Source of the DNA: Candidatus Latescibacterota bacterium
GTDB taxonomy: Bacteria; Latescibacterota; UBA2968; UBA8231
Assembly (NCBI GenBank): GCA_965200315.1
Contig: OZ241362.1
Location: forward strand, 288,001 to 352,000
Length of the DNA stretch: 64,000 nucleotides
Direction: 5' to 3'
The stretch's first letter is position 1. Each line of letters opens with the position of its first letter. The notes under the pieces were generated by a model that was not told the DNA's origin, made no database searches, and saw only the letters and a program-made list of their open reading frames with translations. A program made the translations under genes and the position numbers. Positions 1-13,582 of the stretch are shown one piece after another.

Positions 1-39
1 ACCTCAACGCGCCCGGCCTTTGGCCGTAGGAGAGTTCCG

Positions 40-993
40 TTGGACCCCCAAGTAATCATCAGCATTTCGCAGCTTTCCCACGTCTATGCGGGTACGCGCC
101 AGAAAACGGACCGCCGTGCGCTCCACGAGATCGAGCTCGACATCCACTGCGGGGAGACGCTGGCCGTGTTGGGGCCTAACGGCAGTGGTAAATCCACGCT
201 CCTGCGCGTATTGACCACCGCACTGGTGCCGACCTCGGGTGCGGTGCGAGTTGGCGGTGCGCTCTTGGGGCAAGATTCGTCTGCGGTGCGTCGCCAATTG
301 GGGGTCGTCTTTCAAAATCCCGCGCTCGATGGGAGAATGACGGTCGGCGAAAACTTGCGGATGGCAGGTTTGCTCTACGGCATGGGCCGCCGCGCCGTGC
401 GCCAGCGCAGCCAACAGTTGCTGGAGGTCGTCGGCTTGTGGGAACGGCGCAGCGAGCGAGTGGAGAAGCTGTCTGGGGGGATGCGGCGGCGCGTCGAATT
501 GGTCAAGGCGCTGATGCCAACGCCGTCTATTCTCGTGCTCGACGAGCCGACGGCCGGGTTGGATCCAGTGGCGCGCCAAAATTTCTGGCACCAAGTGGAG
601 GAACTCAAAGCGGACGAACAACTCACGGTCGTGGTCTCGACCCATCTCTTAGACGAGGCCGAGCGTGCGGACCGAGTCGCCATTTTGCACCAAGGACAGC
701 TACTCGTCTGTGGCCCCTCAAGGGGCTTGCAGCGCCAATTGGGGCGCGAAATCCTCACGCTGCGCTGCGACGATGCCGCCGCGCTGCAAGCCGCACTGCG
801 CTGCGACATGGGCTTAGAGGGCCTAATCGTCGATCAGGACTTGCGTGTTCCGCTCAACAGCGACATCAGCCTCGACGAGGTATTCCAGCGCTTCGGCTCC
901 CAGATCCGCTCGCTGGCTTTGGCGCCTCCCTCGCTCGACGATGTGTTCGTGCGCTACACTGGCCAACACCTCGAGGAAGGAAACGCCGCTTGA
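40..993 (+). CDS. ABC transporter ATP-binding protein (DrrA/NodI-type exporter)
   Basis: Walker A GPNGSGKST, signature LSGGM, Walker B LVLDEP, H-loop STH; C-terminal PSLDDVF; TTG start after GGAG. Confidence 0.93.
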   Translation: MDPQVIISISQLSHVYAGTRQKTDRRALHEIELDIHCGETLAVLGPNGSGKSTLLRVLTTALVPTSGAVRVGGALLGQDSSAVRRQLGVVFQNPALDGRMTVGENLRMAGLLYGMGRRAVRQRSQQLLEVVGLWERRSERVEKLSGGMRRRVELVKALMPTPSILVLDEPTAGLDPVARQNFWHQVEELKADEQLTVVVSTHLLDEAERADRVAILHQGQLLVCGPSRGLQRQLGREILTLRCDDAAALQAALRCDMGLEGLIVDQDLRVPLNSDISLDEVFQRFGSQIRSLALAPPSLDDVFVRYTGQHLEEGNAA

Positions 994-1754
994 ACGGCGC
1001 GTGGGTTCTGGCCCAGCGCGAAGTGCTGCGCTTTTTTCGCCAGCCTTCGCGGCTTTTGGGCAGCTTGATGCAACCGCTGATGCTGTGGTTTTTTATGGGC
1101 TCGGGTTTTGCCGACAGCTTCATCAGCGGGGGCAGCGAGTTGAGCTACAGCGAGTTTTTCTATCCGGGCATCGTGCTGATGCTCCTGCTCTTCGCGGCGA
1201 TTTTTTCTACCATTACCCTCATCGAAGATCGCAGCGCTGGCTTTTTGCAAGGCGTGCTAGTAGCTCCAGTGCCGCGCCTGAGTATAGCGCTGGGCAAGCT
1301 GGTCGGCGGTACGCTCATCGCCCTGTTGCAGGTGCTTGTGTTTTTGTTGCTGGCACCGGTGGCTGGCATTGGCTTGTCAGTGGAGATGCTCTTGGCGCTC
1401 TTGGCCTTCTGTGCGCTGATCGGCATGGGCTTCACGGGTTTGGGCTTCATGGTCGCGTGGCAGTTGGATTCAGTGGCTGGCTACCACGCAGTAATGAGCG
1501 TCGTGCTCATCCCCTTGTGGTTTCTTTCCGGTGCACTCTTTCCCATTGAAGGGGCTGCCCCTTGGCTCGAGTGGGTGATGCAGTGCAATCCTGTGACCTA
1601 TGCGCTAGTCGTTTTGCGCAAGGCGTTCTACGTGGTGCCGACTCAACTGATAGCCGATGGGGCGTTTGTGCGCGCCCTGCTGGTCACCGGCGGCTGGACG
1701 GTGCTTACGACCGCTGGGGCCGCTTGGATGGTGGCTCACAGCCGCGGACGCTGA
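990..1754 (+). CDS. ABC-2 type transporter permease
   Basis: TTG at 990 overlaps upstream TGA; REVLRFFRQPSR, FYPGI, LSGALFP, NPVTY motifs; about 6 TM segments. Confidence 0.9.
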   Translation: MNGAWVLAQREVLRFFRQPSRLLGSLMQPLMLWFFMGSGFADSFISGGSELSYSEFFYPGIVLMLLLFAAIFSTITLIEDRSAGFLQGVLVAPVPRLSIALGKLVGGTLIALLQVLVFLLLAPVAGIGLSVEMLLALLAFCALIGMGFTGLGFMVAWQLDSVAGYHAVMSVVLIPLWFLSGALFPIEGAAPWLEWVMQCNPVTYALVVLRKAFYVVPTQLIADGAFVRALLVTGGWTVLTTAGAAWMVAHSRGR

Positions 1755-1756
1755 TT

Positions 1757-2170
1757 TCAGAGTTGGTAGAGCATTAGATAGACCACCACGCCGCTAACCG
1801 AGACAAACATCCACGTCGGCCAGACCCAGCGGGCCAACCTACGGTGGCTGGCAAAATTTTGGTTGTAAGCCCACCAGACGACAAGGGCCACAAAAGGGGC
1901 CATTAGCGCGGCGAGGATCACGTGGGGTATGAGCACGGCGAAGTACAAGAGGCGGGTCCAGTCGTGGTGGGGATAGGGTACTGAACCTACCTGAACGTGG
2001 TAAACCAAATACGAACAGAGGAAGAGCGCGGAGCAGACGAGCGCGGCCAGCATGGACTTTTGGTGGGCTTGGCGTGCGCCGCGACGGATCTGCAGGTAGC
2101 CTCGCACGAGCAAAAGCGCACACAAGGTGTTGAGGCAGGCGTTTAGTGTGGGGAGATCTGAGCTAGACAC
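1757..2170 (-). CDS. DUF420 family membrane protein
   Basis: LPTLNACLN, HQKSM, FLxSYLxYH, HRRLARW, VSVSGVVVY motifs. Confidence 0.85.
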   Translation of the reverse strand: MSSSDLPTLNACLNTLCALLLVRGYLQIRRGARQAHQKSMLAALVCSALFLCSYLVYHVQVGSVPYPHHDWTRLLYFAVLIPHVILAALMAPFVALVVWWAYNQNFASHRRLARWVWPTWMFVSVSGVVVYLMLYQL

Positions 2171-2238
2171 GGGCTGAACGGGAAAGGAAACAATGCAAAC
2201 GCGAGCTGGCGACTAGTGCGCAAGCCCGCGTTGTGTCG

Positions 2239-2314
2239 TGGAGCCGCCACCCGGACTCGAACCGGGGACCTACTCATTACGAGTGAGTTGCTCTACCAGC
2301 TGAGCTATGGCGGC
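2239..2314 (-). tRNA. tRNA-Thr(CGT)
   Basis: Reverse complement GCCGCCATAGCTCAGCTGGTAGAGCAACTCACTCGTAATGAGTAGGTCCCCGGTTCGAGTCCGGGTGGCGGCTCCA; cloverleaf, TTCGA loop, encoded CCA. Confidence 0.97.
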
Positions 2315-2330
2315 TATGCTGCCGCCGTAC

Positions 2331-2359
2331 AAACTAGGCAGGGCCAGCTACCGTGTCAA
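2331..2359 (-). promoter_or_regulatory. sigma-70-type promoter for tRNA-Thr
   Basis: Minus strand TTGACA-N17-TAGTTT. Confidence 0.6.
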
Positions 2360-2383
2360 GAACCGCCCGAGCTGCACGGCGCA

Positions 2384-3598
2384 TTAAAAGAAATTGAACA
2401 GTTTACTGAGCGCGTGGGTAAAGCCGTTGCTGGGCCGATCGGCGTCGTACGACTCGACGGGTGCGGTGTGTTCGTTGGCGACAAAGCGCAACAGACCGAT
2501 CGCGGTAGCATAGCTGGGGTCGCTGACCTCGGTGGGGGCGATCGCGTTTTGGGGGACGCCAATGCGGATGTGGTGGCCGAGCACCGCCTCGGCGAGTGGC
2601 GCGACTTGGTCGAGCAAGGCCCCGCCGCCAGTGAGGACGATGCCAGCGGCTAAGCGGTCGTTGTAGGAACTGTCGACGAGGGCTTGGCGCACGTATTCAA
2701 AAATCTCGCGCTGTCGGGCTTCAATGACTGCGCTGACCTGCTGCTTAGTTAAGGTACAGGTGCGGCCGGCAGTCGTGTGGTACGTGACGGTCTCGTCTCC
2801 GTCTTCCCCTAGACAGCTAACGCTGCCAAAGCGGCATTTGAGCTTCTCGGCTTCGCGGATGGGAATGCTCAAGACAACCGAGAGATCGCGCGTTATATCG
2901 TCGCCCCCCAGTGGAATTTCCTTTAGGTGCCGCATCGGACCTAGGAACGCGGCGAGATCGCAGGTGCCGGCGCCGAGATCGAGCAGGGCCACACCCATGT
3001 CGCGCTCGTCTTGGGACAAGGTGGCATGGGCCACTCCCACGCTTTCGAGGACGACGCCGACGATCTCAACGCCGGCTTTGGCAGCCGCGTGGCGAAAGGC
3101 CGTGCATAGATGCTCGGCCACGGAAACGGTCAACACCTCGATTGATAGGCGATTGCCGTGCAGCCAGAGCGGGTTTTGTACCGGCTCACCATCGACGGCA
3201 TAGCTCTGGACGAAGCGGTGCATCACCATCTGGTCCTCGGAGACTTGTTCCTGCGCCACGGCGAGTAGAGCTCGGTCCCGATCCTCTTCGGAGATGGGGT
3301 TGGAGGAGCCGGAGATGCCCACCGTGCTGTAATTCGTCTGGGTGTTGATGCCTTCGCCGGCCATGCCGAGATAGGCCCCGGCGATTTTGAGGCCGGTCGA
3401 GCGCTCGGCTTCAGTGAGGGCCGCGTGGATAGACTCTGCTACTTGAGGCATGTCGATGACGGCGCTGCGGCGCAGACCCGTGCAGGGGCTTTGCCCCAAG
3501 CCCAAAATTTTGACTTGGGAATTGTTTTGCACCTCGCCGACTAGGCATAGAACTTTTGAGGCACCAACATCGAGAACGACGACGGGGGATCCAGCCAT
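2384..3598 (-). CDS. ftsA: cell division protein FtsA (stand-alone copy)
   Basis: LDVGASKV, DLGAGTCD, GGDDITRDL, AEKLK, VLTGGGA, ATAIGL motifs and C-terminal amphipathic helix FTHALSKLFNFF. Confidence 0.9.
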   Translation of the reverse strand: MAGSPVVVLDVGASKVLCLVGEVQNNSQVKILGLGQSPCTGLRRSAVIDMPQVAESIHAALTEAERSTGLKIAGAYLGMAGEGINTQTNYSTVGISGSSNPISEEDRDRALLAVAQEQVSEDQMVMHRFVQSYAVDGEPVQNPLWLHGNRLSIEVLTVSVAEHLCTAFRHAAAKAGVEIVGVVLESVGVAHATLSQDERDMGVALLDLGAGTCDLAAFLGPMRHLKEIPLGGDDITRDLSVVLSIPIREAEKLKCRFGSVSCLGEDGDETVTYHTTAGRTCTLTKQQVSAVIEARQREIFEYVRQALVDSSYNDRLAAGIVLTGGGALLDQVAPLAEAVLGHHIRIGVPQNAIAPTEVSDPSYATAIGLLRFVANEHTAPVESYDADRPSNGFTHALSKLFNFF

Positions 3599-3812
3599 GG
3601 TTGGCGTCCCTTCTTTCTAAGCGCAGCCGCAAAATGCAGCGCAACGCAATAGGATTAAAGCGAGGACGTATTGGGAGGGGAGGAAAGCCACCGCTTAGCG
3701 GCAACGATGAGACAGATTGGGGCACTCGGCCCCTAATTACCAGTGCTTACAGCGCCAGACAAAGGGGGGAGTCGGCCTGCCGTAAACACTTTAGTATAGT
3801 TAAGGATATGGA

Positions 3813-3841
3813 AGAATAGGAAAGCCGCCGGAGAAAGTCAA
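3813..3841 (-). promoter_or_regulatory. putative sigma-70 promoter for ftsA
   Basis: Minus strand TTGACT-N17-TATTCT. Confidence 0.5.
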
Positions 3842-3960
3842 GCCCGACGGGGGCTAGGCCGGCCTTGACTGGACTAAGGCTTGCGCCTAAGATAAGCAAA
3901 ATTGCTAACATTTATGAGTGCGCTCGCACTTGCGGCGCACTCGCAGAAAGGAGCGAATAT

Positions 3961-4419
3961 ATGGCTCGTGGGGTAAACAAAGTAATTTTGATCGGCAATT
4001 TGGGCAGCGATCCCGAAGTGCGCTACACGCCGGACGGAGTGCCCGTAGCCAATTTTAACTTGGCCACCTCTGAAAGCTGGAATGACCGCAATACGGGCGA
4101 GCGCCAGGAGCGCACCGAATGGCATCGGCTCGTGCTCTGGCGCAAGCTGGCCGAGATCGCCGGGCAGTACCTCAAAAAGGGCGCTAAGATCTATGTCGAG
4201 GGCAAGCTACAGACGCGATCTTGGGACGACCAGAGCGGCCAGAAGCGCTATACGACTGAGGTCGTGGTCAACGACATGCAGATGCTCGATTCCCGCGGCG
4301 AGGCAGGCGGTAGAGATGCTGGCTACTCCGACCGGCCAGCTAGCGGGCAAAACGTCGGTCCGGCCGCCCAGCCCGCCGCGCCCCCACCGCCGGGTGGCGA
4401 CGACGATCTGCCGTTCTAA
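3961..4419 (+). CDS. ssb: single-stranded DNA-binding protein
   Basis: [19 protein letters not shown]...TEWHR...DDDLPF acidic tail; AAGGAG RBS before ATG 3961. Confidence 0.98.
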   Translation: MARGVNKVILIGNLGSDPEVRYTPDGVPVANFNLATSESWNDRNTGERQERTEWHRLVLWRKLAEIAGQYLKKGAKIYVEGKLQTRSWDDQSGQKRYTTEVVVNDMQMLDSRGEAGGRDAGYSDRPASGQNVGPAAQPAAPPPPGGDDDLPF

Positions 4420-4421
4420 GT

Positions 4422-5268
4422 TTGGCAGGCAGCTTCTTCCACTTGTGGTTGGCCGAGCGGGTCTTTCCCCTAGTTTTTGGCGATTGCGCGGACCAAGGAA
4501 AGATGCAGGCGGCCTTTGCCGCCGGTTCCGTAGGCCCGGACCTTGGTTTTTTCCCCGGCGGTCCGGCGGCCCTATCGCACCGTGCGCATCTGGAGTGCTG
4601 CGGCGACTTTTTGCGCGCCCTGACCCAAGAGGCCGCCAGCACTAGCGAGCGGGCGTTTGCAGCGGGTTGGGGCCTGCACGTCTATACAGATATGGCCGTA
4701 CATCCTTGGGTCGAGGCCCGCGTGGCCGCCTTGCTCCGCGAGGGGACCCGGCCAGCCGTGCCTGATTTGTGGCATATGCGCTTGGAATGGGGGATTGATT
4801 GCCGCTTGCTGGCTAGCGAGGGAATGGACGGGTTGTGGAGTGCTCGCTTGCACTTTCCCCGCCGTGCGGATGGCCGCAGCTTGCTAGGGGCAGTGGGGCA
4901 GGCTTTCTACGGTCGAGATGCCGATGAGCACTTGCTGGAACGAGGGGAGAAGGCCACCGCCCGGTGGCTACAGCGAATTCCCAAAATTCTCTGGTGGGGA
5001 GGACACATCCGCGCGGCCGGACGCCGCCCCAATCCCCTGTATTCATTGGCGTTTGCCCACTTGGGACGCAAGATCTTAGGAGATTGGCTCCAGCACTGGG
5101 CGCGCTTTAAGGATGGCGCGGCCTTAGCCCGTCCGCTGCGGCCTTCAGACCAAGGCTACGAGCAGGTCGTCAAGTTGGGCGAGTCGGCTGTGGAACAGTT
5201 TTGTCGCGGGTCTGACGAGGGCTTCGCCCAGTTGGGCAATCCCGATTTATACACGGGCGAAGTACGCG

Positions 5269-5276
<8 letters not shown>
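4422..5276 (+). CDS. zinc-dependent phospholipase C-like family protein
   Basis: N-terminal His, GSVGPDL, GWGLHVYTDxxxH, HxxxExxxD pattern. Confidence 0.65.
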
Positions 5277-9522
<4,246 letters not shown>

Positions 9523-9531
9523 GGCCGCCTT

Positions 9532-10644
9532 ATGGAGCTTATGGAGCTGCAAAAGGCCGGTTTGCTCTTGAGCGGCGCGATCTACGTGGGCAGCATCCTC
9601 TGGCTGTGGCGCGGCTTGAGCGGGCGGCGGTCCGGCCCGACCCTAGTCAGCAATCAGCCCTCGGTTAGTGCCATCGTCGCTGCGCGCGACGAAGAGGCGA
9701 CCTTGCCGCACTGCTTGGACGCGCTCGCTCGCCAAGACTATCAGGGTGCGTTTGAAGTGATCGTCATAGATGACCGCTCGGGCGACCGAACTTGGGACAT
9801 CATTGCCGCAAAGGCGGCGACTTGGCCGACGCTCAAGGGTGTGCAGGCCAAGTTGGATGGGCGGTTTAAGTGTCCGAAGAAAAGTGCGCTAGCCGAAGGG
9901 ATTGCAGCGAGCAGTGGGGAGATCTTGCTCTTTACCGATGCCGATTGCCGCCCGCCTACGGATTGGGTTCGCTTGATGGTGGCGCACTTTGCGCCGGAGG
10001 TTGGCTTAGTCGCCGGGTACGCGCGGCCCGATCCGGTTTCCGGCGTACTGGCCAAGGTTTTGGCCGTGGATAATATCGGAGTTGGAGCGCTGGGGGCGGG
10101 CAGCTTTGGCATGGGGTATCCGCTGTCTTGTACAGGTCGCAATTTGGGCTACCGTCGCCAAGTGTACGACGAGCTAGGCGGCTTCGAGCAAATTGGACAT
10201 CTGATCGGGGGCGACGATGTGTACTTCATGCGTTTGTTGAGTGCCCAGGGCAGGTGGGCTATAGCGTTTAACCGCCAAGCTGTCGTCCTCTCGCAGCCAC
10301 CACCAGCTAAGCTCGCGGATGCGATCCAGCAGAAGCTGCGGCATGCGGCCAAAGGCGGCCACTACAAAGGCCGCGCATTCTATTTGGCTGTCGGCGTCTA
10401 TTTGTTCCACGGCTTTCTCGCTTGGGGGCTGGTGCAGATGCTCTGGACTCAAAGCTGGGATGGCTGGGTCGCGGGTGTGTGGTTTATGCGCTGGGCCGTT
10501 GACTTTTTGCTGCTCAAGCAAATGGCCGCGCCCGAGGAGCGTGCGCTCCTGCGCTATTTGCCCCTAGTGGAAGTTTTATATATTCCCTATGTGCTAATTT
10601 TTACGGTCGTCGGCCGTTGGGGATGGTTCCGCTGGAAAACCTGA
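9532..10644 (+). CDS. glycosyltransferase family 2, membrane-bound
   Basis: IVAARDEE, IDDRSGD, PKKSAL, FTDADC, GDD motifs; N- and C-terminal TMs. Confidence 0.9.
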   Translation: MELMELQKAGLLLSGAIYVGSILWLWRGLSGRRSGPTLVSNQPSVSAIVAARDEEATLPHCLDALARQDYQGAFEVIVIDDRSGDRTWDIIAAKAATWPTLKGVQAKLDGRFKCPKKSALAEGIAASSGEILLFTDADCRPPTDWVRLMVAHFAPEVGLVAGYARPDPVSGVLAKVLAVDNIGVGALGAGSFGMGYPLSCTGRNLGYRRQVYDELGGFEQIGHLIGGDDVYFMRLLSAQGRWAIAFNRQAVVLSQPPPAKLADAIQQKLRHAAKGGHYKGRAFYLAVGVYLFHGFLAWGLVQMLWTQSWDGWVAGVWFMRWAVDFLLLKQMAAPEERALLRYLPLVEVLYIPYVLIFTVVGRWGWFRWKT

Positions 10645-10657
10645 TAAAGGAGCTGAT

Positions 10658-11725
10658 TTGGCCTATCTAATCACGCCCAAAGCACTGCCGCGCTACGCCC
10701 GGCGCTACGCCCGCGTATTTTCTTGGAAGCGGCTGGTCAATTTTTTCGCCGTCTTGGCCTCTATGGGGCTGTCGTGGATAACCCGCCGGCCCATTGTGTG
10801 GGGGCGTCCTTTCATGCTCATGGTCGAGCCGACCAACTTCTGCAACCTCAAATGCCCCTTGTGTCCGTCGGGCAACGGCGAAATGCGTCGCCCCCGGGGC
10901 ACGATGGGCTTGGGGGATTTCAAGAAGCTGGTTGATGAACTCGGGGACAAAGCCTTTATGATGATGCTGTGGAACCAAGGCGAGCCGTATATCAACAAGT
11001 GCTTCAACCAGATGGTGCGCTACGCCAGCGACCGCGGCATCTTTACCTTCACCAGCACCAACGGCCACTTCGTTCGCAACCCAGAGCAGGCACAGGCCAT
11101 CGTCGAGTCCGGGCTGGATGAGATGATCGTCTCGTTGGACGGGGTCGACCAAGAAACGTACGAACGATATCGGGTCGGCGGCCAGATCGAGCGCGTTTTC
11201 TCTGGAGTCCGCCTGCTGGTCGCAGCCAAAGAGGCGTTAGGGGCGCAGACGCCGCTGATCAACTTGCAATTCATCGTTATGAAGCACAACGAGCGCGATC
11301 TGGCCACGGCCGAAGCACTGGCCAAGGACCTAGGCGTTGACAAGTTCTTGGTCAAAACCGCCCAAGTTTACACATCGGCGGACGCCGAGGAGTTCTTGCC
11401 CGAGACCGAACAGTACAGCCGCTACGAGCACACCGAGGACGAACTGGTGGTCAAGGGGCAGCCCACGCGGGGTTGCAAGGTGCTGTGGTACAGCTCGATG
11501 GTCAATTGGGATGGAGCGGTCGCGCCCTGCTGTTTCGACAAGGACGTCGACTTTGGCATGGGGCAGGCCTTCAGCGGTCGTTCTTTTGACGATATCTGGC
11601 GCAGCCGGGCCTATATGGACTTTCGCCGTCAGGTCCTCGCCGACCGCAATACCTTCGACATGTGTCGCAACTGTTCCGAAGGCTATCGTGGCATGTTCTC
11701 GCTGATCAAGGAAATCAAGGGCTAA
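10658..11725 (+). CDS. radical SAM protein with SPASM/Twitch domain
   Basis: CNLKCPLC motif, QGEP, C-terminal C...GxVxPCC...CRNC. Confidence 0.92.
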   Translation: MAYLITPKALPRYARRYARVFSWKRLVNFFAVLASMGLSWITRRPIVWGRPFMLMVEPTNFCNLKCPLCPSGNGEMRRPRGTMGLGDFKKLVDELGDKAFMMMLWNQGEPYINKCFNQMVRYASDRGIFTFTSTNGHFVRNPEQAQAIVESGLDEMIVSLDGVDQETYERYRVGGQIERVFSGVRLLVAAKEALGAQTPLINLQFIVMKHNERDLATAEALAKDLGVDKFLVKTAQVYTSADAEEFLPETEQYSRYEHTEDELVVKGQPTRGCKVLWYSSMVNWDGAVAPCCFDKDVDFGMGQAFSGRSFDDIWRSRAYMDFRRQVLADRNTFDMCRNCSEGYRGMFSLIKEIKG

Positions 11726-12921
11726 TGCCCGCACTGTACGTGCCCGAACACCTCTTGGCGTTCTGTGCGCTGGCCTACTTGCTCGGGGCTTGTTGGTTCG
11801 TCACCGGAATGCGCCGCCCGTACGGCCATGCCAATGCCGAGCGCGTCCAGTTCGTCTCGGTCGTCGTCGCCGCCCGCAACGAAGCCGCTTACATCGCATC
11901 CTGCCTGCACGCCCTGCTGGCGCAGGATTATCCCCAAGATAGCTACGAAATCATCATTGTTGACGACGGCTCTACCGATGGCACTGGCCACATTGTGCGC
12001 GAGTTCAGCGGGGAGACTGGGTCCGTTCGCTTGCTGCGCACCGAAGGGTCGGGTTCTAAGAAGGCCGCGCTCAGATTGGGAATATCCGAAGCGCGGGGAG
12101 AGGTGATCCTCACCACAGATGCCGACTGCCAGGTCGCTCCAGGATGGATCCGCGGTATGTTGTCGCACTTTGCCGATGGGGTGGGCATGGTCATCGGCTT
12201 TTCGCAAATCGGTTCGCCATCCGAGATCAAGGGTTGGCGTCAGGGATACGAAGCTGTTGACTTCACTTGCTTGATGGCTTGCATAAGGGGCAGCGCCGGT
12301 TGGGACCATCCCATGGCGGCTTCCGGGCAGAATTTGGCCTTTTTGCGAGAGGCGTTTTTCGCTGTTGGCGGCTATGAAAAGATCATGCACCGGGCTTCTG
12401 GAGACGATGTGCTGCTCATGCAGGCCATGCGCCGCTCGGGTCGGTGGTCCATTGTCTTTGCCGATCAGCCAGCGACCTTTGTGCGGCATCCAGTGGCCAC
12501 ATCTTGGGGCGGGTTATTTGGCCAGCGCAGCCGCTGGGCCTCCAATGCTCCGGTCCTCGCCCGCCTAGATCCGCTCTTTTTCGGCTATATGCTACTCACT
12601 TACGTTTTGAGTTGGGCGATGCTCATGGCTCCTTTGCTGTGCTTGGCCAATTTGCTGGATCCCCTGTGGGCCTTGGGTGCGGTGGGGGCAAAAGTGGGGG
12701 GTGAGTGGGGCGTATTTAACGGCGGAATATCGCTATCGGGTCGGCGCGAGTTGCGCCGCTATTTTCCTCTTTGGGCCTTGTTGCAACCCCTGCACGTAGT
12801 TTTGGTCGGCGCCGTTGGTTGCTTGGGGATTTTCCGCTGGAAGGGTCGCGTCCACCTGTGGGGTCGGCGCGTGCGCGGTGCCAGTACCGGCGTTGAGTTA
12901 TCCAAGTCGTCCCGACGCTGA
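11725..12921 (+). CDS. glycosyltransferase family 2, membrane-bound
   Basis: TAATG coupling; VAARNE, DDGSTD, KKAAL, TTDADC, SGDD, QRSRW. Confidence 0.9.
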   Translation: MPALYVPEHLLAFCALAYLLGACWFVTGMRRPYGHANAERVQFVSVVVAARNEAAYIASCLHALLAQDYPQDSYEIIIVDDGSTDGTGHIVREFSGETGSVRLLRTEGSGSKKAALRLGISEARGEVILTTDADCQVAPGWIRGMLSHFADGVGMVIGFSQIGSPSEIKGWRQGYEAVDFTCLMACIRGSAGWDHPMAASGQNLAFLREAFFAVGGYEKIMHRASGDDVLLMQAMRRSGRWSIVFADQPATFVRHPVATSWGGLFGQRSRWASNAPVLARLDPLFFGYMLLTYVLSWAMLMAPLLCLANLLDPLWALGAVGAKVGGEWGVFNGGISLSGRRELRRYFPLWALLQPLHVVLVGAVGCLGIFRWKGRVHLWGRRVRGASTGVELSKSSRR

Positions 12922-12937
12922 AGAAGGGGAAGCCGAG

Positions 12938-13582
12938 GTGGGGAAGCGCGAAGTCGAGCGGGCACAGATCGTCTGTAAAGAACTCAAAAAAACCATTCCC
13001 GAACCGAGAGTGGAACTCAACTACAGCAATGCCTTGGAACTGATGGTGGCCACTGTGCTCGCGGCGCAGAGCACGGATGTCAAGGTCAATGAGGTCACCG
13101 CAGGGCTATTCAAAAAATACCAGTGTGCTGCCGACTACGTGGCGGCTGAGGAATTAGAGGAAGATATTCGCTCGACCGGTTTCTATCGGTAAAAGGCCAA
13201 AAACATCCGCGCGGCTATGGCGATGCTCATTGACGAGTACGCTGGCCAAGTCCCTCGGCAGATGGACGCCCTGCTCCGCCTGCCTGGCATTGGGCGCAAG
13301 AGTGCCAATGTCATCCTCGGTAACATATATGGCGTACCCGGCATCGTGGTAGATACGCATGTAGGTCGGGTGAGTCGGCGCTTGGGGCTAACCGCAGAAA
13401 CAGATCCAGTCAAGGTCGAAATGGTCTTGGCGCAGCTACTGCCGGTTGAGGAATGGACGGCTTTTGGGCAGCGCGTGGTCTTGCACGGTCGCTACGTGTG
13501 CAAGGCGCGCAAGCCCCTGTGCGACGAGTGTGTACTCATGCCGCATTGCGATTATTTTGCCAGCCAGATCGCGGGGACTTAG
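12938..13582 (+). pseudogene. nth: endonuclease III interrupted by an in-frame TAA at 13190-13192
   Basis: LAAQSTD...TGFYR*KAKNI...LPGIGRKSANV...VDTHV...CKARKPLCDECVLMPHC, all in one frame. Confidence 0.85.

Noticed and set aside
438-989. N-terminal extension of the permease ORF (similar extensions at 7615, 11662, 33133 and 50256)
   Set aside because: Overlaps neighbouring genes; downstream starts fit the family lengths and translational coupling.
2216-2653. 145-aa plus-strand ORF
   Set aside because: Overlaps tRNA-Thr and ftsA in antisense.
10658-11725. RiPP cluster around the SPASM radical SAM
   Set aside because: No precursor peptide, RRE domain or peptidase nearby; the context is glycosyltransferases.
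13190-13192. Stop-codon recoding (Sec, Pyl or alternative code) in nth
   Set aside because: The codon is TAA, which terminates many genes here, and the position is not a Cys site.
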